This document shows positions 56,421 to 64,000 of a stretch of 64,000 nt of DNA, in pieces. The stretch is taken from the NCBI GenBank assembly GCA_951406725.2, contig OX597830.1, forward strand, positions 33,108,001 through 33,172,000. Reading direction: 5' to 3'. Positions within the stretch are counted from its first letter, which is position 1, and each line of letters opens with the position of its first letter. Position numbers and translations under genes: made by a program. The DNA comes from Octopus vulgaris (Eukaryota). The notes beneath the pieces were generated by a model. That model searched no databases and was not told the origin of the DNA. It saw only the letters and a list, made by a program, of their open reading frames with translations.

Positions 56421-58689
56421 TTGTGTGTATCTATTAATATCCAAAATTAAACTTACATCTTTATTTAAGGTGTTGGGGTAAGGACTAACTCCATGTATAC
56501 CTCACACACTTCACACATCTTCCGAAGTACACACACTTAAACACACACCTACTCTCATACACACATGCACACATACTTGTGTTTGCCAAGAGAGAATGGA
56601 GAGAGAAAGAATACACATACATAGAAAATCTCAGATGGAAAAACCATAAATTTCCTTTAGTTTAAATGTACGTTGTGTTCTTGACAGAAAATTATATAAT
56701 AATTAAATGAACAATTAGATATTATCTCAGGTCTATACACATATTAGCAATCATAATTTCTAACTTTGATACAAGCCTACATATTTGTTAAAAAGACCAC
56801 ATATTCGTGTTTGTGTGTGTGTGTGAGTGTGTGTGTACGTGTGTGTGTGTATTTATTTATTTGTTTCTACTCCAACTTTCCTACATTAAAAATTATGAAA
56901 ACAACAATAAGAATAAATTTAACAAACGGTGATAATTTTTTTGTCTTTCTCTGCTAAATGATATATTGTATCAATACCAGCGTTGAATAAAATCTAAAAA
57001 TAAAGTAAATTTGGAACTAAATTCTAAACAAACTGAAAGCACAATAGACGATTCTTGATTGGTTAAGAATTCTATGTATTTTGGTCTTGTTGACACACAA
57101 ATGGCTGCTTTAACTTCAGCTATAATTGATCTTCAAACACAACTGCAATAGTAAGAATAATGAAAATAATAACAAGTAATTTTTAAAAAATTTTCCTTTG
57201 TATCTCTAACTCTTTCACACACCCTCTTTCTTGCTGTCTTTTATTCCATTTTATTTATTTATTTTTTTCCATCAAAAGAATATTTGAGGAACTTTTGAAG
57301 AATTTAATGTTTGATGTAATTTAAAATGAGATATTATTTATAATTAAACTATTTAAAAATAAAAAAAAATAAAGGAAATGGTAAAAACATCTTGTGAGAA
57401 TTTTCTATAAATTATTGTCATCTGTGTTATATTCTATGTTTGTAAGTATGTATTGAGATATGTATGCACATATGTTTGTATGTATGCATGAGTGTGTATG
57501 TGTGTGTGTAGAAAAGCATACGTGCATCTTTACTGACAAACACACTCGTACACAAACGCATGCATACACATATATAAACAGACACAGCTTGTGCATGAGC
57601 ATATAAATGAGAGTGAAGTTGAAGTTGATTCATTAACTTGTATTTTTCGTTGTCTATTCAAGCTTTCTATCTCAATACAAAACTGCTTATTAGTGAAGAA
57701 GTGTTTGTTTTGGTGTTGGAGAAAGAGTAAGAAGTATGTGTGTGCAGAGTGGGGGGTAGTGGTGCAGATTGTCATATGCTTTTTCCTTATAATTTTACAC
57801 ATTTTGTTTTTGTTTTTGTACATTGTCTTTATTTATATATCTATTTATTGTAGTATGGTTTTCTTTTGTCTTTTGTGAGTTTGTATTCTTTGTAATCGAT
57901 GGCAGATGCTTGATAAATACCTTCAACTAAGCAATCAGTGAAATTCTGTCACTTAACAAAAGGTGTTCAGGAATGCATGATGTTGGCGTCCTGGGAACAA
58001 AAGAAAAAGGTCAAAGTTTGGTACCATTTCTTGTCATTATTTCGTAAAGGTTGTTAGGTTTTCCAGCAGTGCTCTCCATTCTTGTTGCTTTTTGTTTTCA
58101 TTGTAACAGTTGTATTTCTTGTTGCTGCTGTGTATATAATTGCTGTTGTTATTTTGTTGATACGGTAACAGCCACTGTACAAATTCTCATTACATTTGTT
58201 TGTCTTGGTGCTTTTATTTCTGATAAACTTCAGTTGGTTTTCTTAGATTTTTCTCCTTTTGTTTGCTTATATAACACCGAGTTCCTTGCTGGTTTCTATT
58301 GCATATATTATTTGCAGTTTCTCATTACAGCTGTTGTTATAGTTTCTCATTATATATGCTGTTGTCATTTTGTTTGTTATTGTAAAAAGGCAAAGACAGT
58401 ATAAATTCTTATAATAAGAGACAAAAATGGATAAATATCATTTATCTCCTGTACTTGAGAGAAAAAATAGTATCAAATTAGGGATCTTTTGTGACCGAGA
58501 ACATTAGCAACTAAAATGAGTTAAATTTCATATCTTTTGTCACCAGTATTATCCATCAATAGGAGATCAGTTCCATTGGGTTTCCTGGATGTTGTGACAT
58601 TCATGCCTTTCCTCAAGAACTTAGCATCTAAAGTGAAAAAAAAGTAGAAGTAAAAACCTTGAATTGAAACAATCTTAAGTGTTTCTGTT

Positions 58690-59060
58690 CTAAGAAGCTT
58701 GCTTACCAACCACATGGTTCCGGGTTCAGTCCCATTGTGTAGCACCTTGGGCAAGTGTCTTCTACTATACCCTCGGGCCAACCAAAGACTTGTGAGTGGA
58801 TTTGATAGCTGGAAACTGAAAGAAGCCCATTGTATATATGTATATATATATACATATATATATGTGTGTATGCATATGTTTGTGTGGCTGTGTTTGTTCC
58901 CTGCAACATTGCTTGACAACCGATGCTAGTGTATTTACATCCCCGTAACTTAGTGGTTCAGCAAAAGAGACTGATAGAATAAGTACTAGGCATACAAAGA
59001 ATAAGTCCTGGAGTTAATTTGCTCAACTAAAGGCGGTGCTCCAGCATAGCCACAGTCAAA
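58690..59060 (+). mobile_element. SINE family C
   Basis: Same head, CORE-like segment, internal microsatellite and tail as the other copies. Confidence 0.85.
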
Positions 59061-59619
59061 GAGTATTTCCTACAATTTTCCACATATCCTCCCATGATTG
59101 TTTCCAATATATCTAGGGATTAATATTCATGTAAAACAGGAGTGGGGAAACTTTTTAGTGTGGTGGGCAAAAATTTCTAACAAAAAAAAGGTGAATCACA
59201 AGTTCTAACTCTTAAATCTGTGTAGGTCTTCTACATATCTATGTATAATTCAAACTACATTAATAAAGATAAATTTAACACATTAAACTAACATGTAGCG
59301 TCTTCATTATTGCAGCCACTGAATTTAGGACGTTTTTATTACTTATGGTGGAGTGCAATGGCCCAGTGGTTAGGGCAGCAGACCCCGGAAATATCAGCTA
59401 AGACTAGGGTAGCAACATTGATAAACAGATAAATAAAACACATTGTCAGCTAAGAGGAGATAATTCTGTACATAATGAACAAAAGAGGGAACTATAAAAA
59501 CTAAGCTCACCCTTATTAGAAGAGGAATATTCTAAAGGGGGCTCATTGTCTCTTCTCTCTCTCTCCCTCACTTCTTTCTCTCTCTCTCTCTCTCTTTCTA
59601 TGTCTCTCTTTTTTCTTTC

Positions 59620-59930
59620 TTGCATGGTTCTTAGTACATTTAACTGGGTTGCTAAATAGGACCAGATGCTTATACTGTAATGGTAAGACAGTCGACTGTC
59701 TTTTGTGTATGGACAGCCAAAAATTGTATGTTGCAAATAATAAACAACTGGAAATATAACACAGATTTATTAGGAAAATTGATATGAGATTTGGATTAAG
59801 AGAATGTGCCAAGACAGCTTTGAAGAGAGGAATATTAAGAACATTAATATCATACGAGAAAAAGACACAGAAATAAGAGAATTACAAAAAAACACAGACA
59901 TAACAATTGCTTAGGAATCAATGAAGTGTA
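59620..59930 (+). mobile_element. Highly decayed R4/Dong-like reverse transcriptase fragment
   Basis: Translates as LLNRT...NGKTVDCLLCMDSQKLYVANNKQLE...IDMRFGLRECAKTALKRG...IREL...LGINE. This resembles SHLLYMDDLKLY...IGMEFGLDKCAK...YKYLGI.E. Confidence 0.7.
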
Positions 59931-59992
59931 CAACACAACGCACACACACACGCACACACACACACATACACACACACACACTGTAAGGGGTT

Positions 59993-60299
59993 TGTTGTTT
60001 GTTCCTTCTCGAGCCATGCCTGGCTCATAAGTGCCGGTTTCCTGGTTTCTTGGCGTATAGGTTCCCCACCTGGACGGGACGCCGGTCCGTCACAGGTGAG
60101 TTGCAAGACGCAGGAGGAAAGAGTGAGAGAAAGTTGTGGCGGAAGAGTCAGCAGAAGTTTTGCCATTACCTTCTGCCAGAGCCGCGTGGAGCTTAGGTGT
60201 TTCACTCATAAACACACACATCGCCCGGTCTGAGATTTGGACCCGCAATCCCTCGACCGTGAGTCCGCTGCTCGAACCACTAGGCCATGTGCCTCCACT
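59993..60299 (-). mobile_element. Full-length tRNA-headed SINE (family F) with a 12-bp TSD
   Basis: ctgtaaggggtt is duplicated at 59981-59992 and 60300-60311. The minus-strand head is gtggaggcacatggcctagtggtt. Related partial copies lie at about 54660-54830 and 31540-31760. Confidence 0.85.
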
Positions 60300-60825
60300 C
60301 TGTAAGGGGTTAGAAAGGACTGTTATAGATGTATTAGTTTAATCAACACTCAGGCTGTCCCCGTAATGAATTTTAATTATAATATTCTCAACTGAATGCT
60401 AAATGAGCTCCTAACACCAGATGTACATACACTAATGACATTCACATCATCATCATCATCATCGTCATCGTCATCATCGTTGTCGTCGTCATCATCACCA
60501 TCATCATCATCATCATTTAACATCTATTTTTCTATGCTCTTATGCATCCAATGCAATTTGTTGAGGCAGATTTTCAATGGTCAGCTGCCCTTCCTGCCAC
60601 CAGCCCTCACCTGTTGACAAAGAGGGTAATATTTCCCCATGGCTTGACGTGTTTTCCGTGAAAGACTAGAACTGAATAACCCTGCATGTATAATGGTGAT
60701 ACTTATTTACAGCTGCCACATGATGTTAAGATGAGGGCAAACACGTACACATGCATGCTTAAGCAGTCCAAAGAAAAGTCACAATATGGACAATATTTAG
60801 CAAAAAAATGGAAAAAGAACAGAAT

Positions 60826-60861
<36 letters not shown>

Positions 60862-61008
60862 AAATAAATATAAGAGAGTGGTCACTATATTGCTCACTCT
60901 AGCACCAGTTAATCCAAAAGGTTTCAACCACGAAAATACATGCTTACCATGAAAGTCAGTACGATTGTTAGCTCACACGGACAGGGCAAATAAAAAATAA
61001 CAAAAATA

Positions 61009-61106
61009 CAGATTATTTTGGGACAATTGTTTCGCTATTAATGAATTAAATGTAATTTTACTTACAAAAAAAAATCCATTTGTAGCTCGTCAGCCAAGAC
61101 TATCTG
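61009..61106 (-). ncRNA. Minimal type I hammerhead ribozyme motif (inverted copy)
   Basis: Reverse complement of 61541-61639 with an identical core. Confidence 0.8.
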
Positions 61107-61540
61107 GATGAAACCCACTCAATCACACGCCAGATTTTACCATAACGATAAATACTTTCATGGTAAGCATGTATTTTCGTGGTTGAAACCTTTTGGATTA
61201 ACTGGTGCTAGAGTGAGCAATATAGTGACCACTCTCTTATATTTATTTTGTAAAAATATTATAATATGTTATAAAATATTATAATAATCCAGGTTTCTCG
61301 AAGCACTAGGCCACTTGGTGTTGAATAAATATACTATTAAATTAGTATCTAATTCTCTCACCCTTATTAATTAATTATAATTATGCTGCATTTATTTCTA
61401 AATGCTGTATTTGTTTTCCGTGAAAGTTTGGCGCGCTGTTGGTTGGGGCATTTGAATTATAACGTCGGATGTAATCAATTGAACCACACGCGTATTTATC
61501 GTTATGGTAAAATCTGGCGTGTGATTGAGTGGATTTCATC

Positions 61541-61639
61541 CAGATAGTCTTGGCTGACGAGCTACAAATGGATTTTTTTTTTGTAAGTAAAATTACATTT
61601 AATTCATTAATAGCGAAACAATTGTCCCAAAATAATCTG
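61541..61639 (+). ncRNA. Minimal type I hammerhead ribozyme motif, predicted cleavage after GUC at 61626
   Basis: Stem I is cagatagtcttgg paired with ccaaaataatctg. The core CTGACGA is at 61554-61560. Stem II is gcta...tagc with an extended hairpin. GAAA is at 61615-61618. Stem III is c-aatt-g, followed by TC. Confidence 0.8.
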
Positions 61640-61931
61640 TATTTTTGTTATTTTTTATTTGCCCTGTCCGTGTGAGCTAACAATCGTACTGACTTTCATG
61701 GTAAGCATGTATTTTCGTGGTTGAAACCTTTTGGATTAACTGGTGCTAGAGTGAGCAATATAGTGACCACTCTCTTATATTTATTTTGTAAAAATATTAT
61801 AATATGTTATAAAATATTATAATAATCCAGGTTTCTCGAAGCACTAGGCCACTTGGTGTTGAATAAATATACTATTAAATTAGTATCTAATTCTCTCACC
61901 CTTATTAATTAATTATATATATATATATATA

Positions 61932-62318
61932 CTCTCTTTTACTCTTTTACTTGTTTCAGTCATTTGACTGCGGCTATGCTGGAGCACCACCTTTAGTCGA
62001 GCAGATTGACCCTAGGACTTATTCTTTGTAAGCCTAGTACTTATTCTATCAGTATCTTTTGCCAAAACGCTATGTTATGGGGATGTAAACACACCAGCAT
62101 CAGTTGTCAAGCGATGTTGGGGGGGACAAACACAGACGCACAAACATATACACACACACATATACATATATATGATGGGCTTCTTTCAGTTTCTGTCTAC
62201 CAAATCCACTCACAAGGCTTTGGTCGGCCTGAGGCTATAGTAGAGGACACTTGCCCAAGGTGCCACACAGTGGGACTGAACCCGGAACCATGTGGTTGGT
62301 AAGCGTACTACTTACCAC
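61932..62318 (-). mobile_element. SINE family C
   Basis: Near full-length match to the other family C copies. Confidence 0.85.
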
Positions 62319-62774
62319 AACGATAAAATTTCAAATTTTAGCATAAGAACAGAAAAATTAGGTAGGGGTAAGCGATTACATTAACCCCAGCATTCAACTG
62401 GTACATATGTTAATTAAAAAGCGGAAAGCAAAGTCGAACTTGTTATGTGATCTAATTTTGAACTCAGAATGTAAAGACATACAGACTGCTGCTACACAAC
62501 TGGTACTTAATTTATCAATTCTGAAGGGATGAAAGGCAAAATTGACGTTGGCAGAATTTGAACTCAGAATGTAAAGACAGACAAAATGCTACTACTCATT
62601 TTGTTTGGTGTGCTAATGATTCTGCCAGCTTGCAGTGCTAGAATAACGATAATAATAATGATGATGATAATAATAATAATAATGGTATTAATAATAATAA
62701 TGATATTAAATATAATAATGATAATAATAATAACAATGATGATAATAACAATAACAATAATAATAATAATAATG

Positions 62775-62822
<48 letters not shown>

Positions 62823-63610
62823 TTAATAATAATAATGATAATAATAATAATGATAATAATAGTAATAATAATAATCCCTTCTAGCACAAGTACAAGGCTG
62901 ATCCAATACTATTATCAGGGTGGTGAATAATAACAATTAACAATAATAATAAAAATGATGATGATTATGATCATGATGAGTAGGAGGAGGAGGATTTCTA
63001 GCTTTGGCACATGGCTATAAATTTGTTGATAAGAGGCATAGCAAAGATTAAATGAAAGAAAAGACAAAATTAGCATCAATACAATTTGAAGTAAAATAAA
63101 AAAAAAATCATTAAAACAAAATACAAAATTAACATCAATATTTTACCATTTCTAATCTTAACAGCATTAGAATAATTAATATTGGTTTTTTAACATTGGC
63201 AGAAGGCCAGAAATTCATACTGGAAGAACATAAAAAGAAGAGCCCCCCCCAATCAGTTCATGGGATTGTTCTGGGACTGGATTATGAAGTGATTTGAACG
63301 CAGAAAGTAAAGTAATTTTAGTTTTTGAAAGATCAAACTATTTGTTGTATCTGTATTTACCGATAAATCCAGTGAGTTTTGCGTCTGATTCTTTTTTTTT
63401 TGCTCACCCATACCCTTAAATGTATTCACTTTTTCTCTTTTATTTTCAATGGTATCGAGTTTTGTCTTGATCAACTCAAAGATCCAGTTTGACCTTTAAC
63501 GAGCAAGTCTACTTAGTCTTTTATCTATGGATAGATGTTTTATTTTCCTTGCTTAGCTGCGTATACATACACATGCATCTGATTATCTATCTATCTATCT
63601 ATCTATCTAC

Positions 63611-63718
<108 letters not shown>

Positions 63719-64000
63719 ATATACATATACATGTATGATGTATGTATATATACATATACATGTATGATGTATGTAAATATATATATATATGTATGTATAT
63801 ATGTACATGTACATACACACATATATATATATATATATATATATGCATATATACATATATATGTATGCATGTATGTATGTAAATATATGTATATATGTAT
63901 GTATATATGTACATGTACATACATATATATATATATATGCATATATACATATATATGTATGCATGTATGTATGTATGTATGTATGTATGTATGTATGTAT

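Larger units (their letters stand above)
60861..61917. mobile_element. Young non-autonomous Penelope-like / retrozyme-like element: 538-bp unit, 1.4 direct copies plus an inverted 295-bp copy, inserted in (TA)n
   Basis: 61154-61379 is repeated at 61692-61917 (offset 538). 60861-61155 is the reverse complement of 61492-61787 with one substitution and one homopolymer indel. No ORF is present. It contains hammerhead motifs. Confidence 0.85.

Overview
This is AT-rich eukaryotic DNA dominated by microsatellites ((TA)n, (CA)n, (TAA)n, (CAT)n, (GATA)n, (CATA)n) and interspersed repeats. The repeat landscape suggests an intronic or intergenic stretch of a coleoid cephalopod (octopus-like) genome; that assignment is an inference. 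I found no credible host protein-coding gene: almost all ORFs in the track are translated simple repeats or SINE sequence. Supported content includes several tRNA-headed SINE families, decayed RTE and R4/Dong-type non-LTR retrotransposon fragments, a mariner remnant, two maT-type (DD37D) Tc1/mariner relics, a piggyBac-type MITE with a TTAA TSD, a 2.1-kb non-autonomous Helitron and minisatellites. The most notable item is a very young, ORF-less element with a 538-bp repeat unit at 60861-61917. It consists of a 1.4-unit direct repeat plus an inverted copy and carries two intact-looking minimal type I hammerhead ribozyme motifs, so it resembles a Penelope-like or retrozyme-like element. Degenerate hammerhead-like motifs from other families occur elsewhere in the window. 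All coordinates were read by eye, and those for decayed repeats are approximate.
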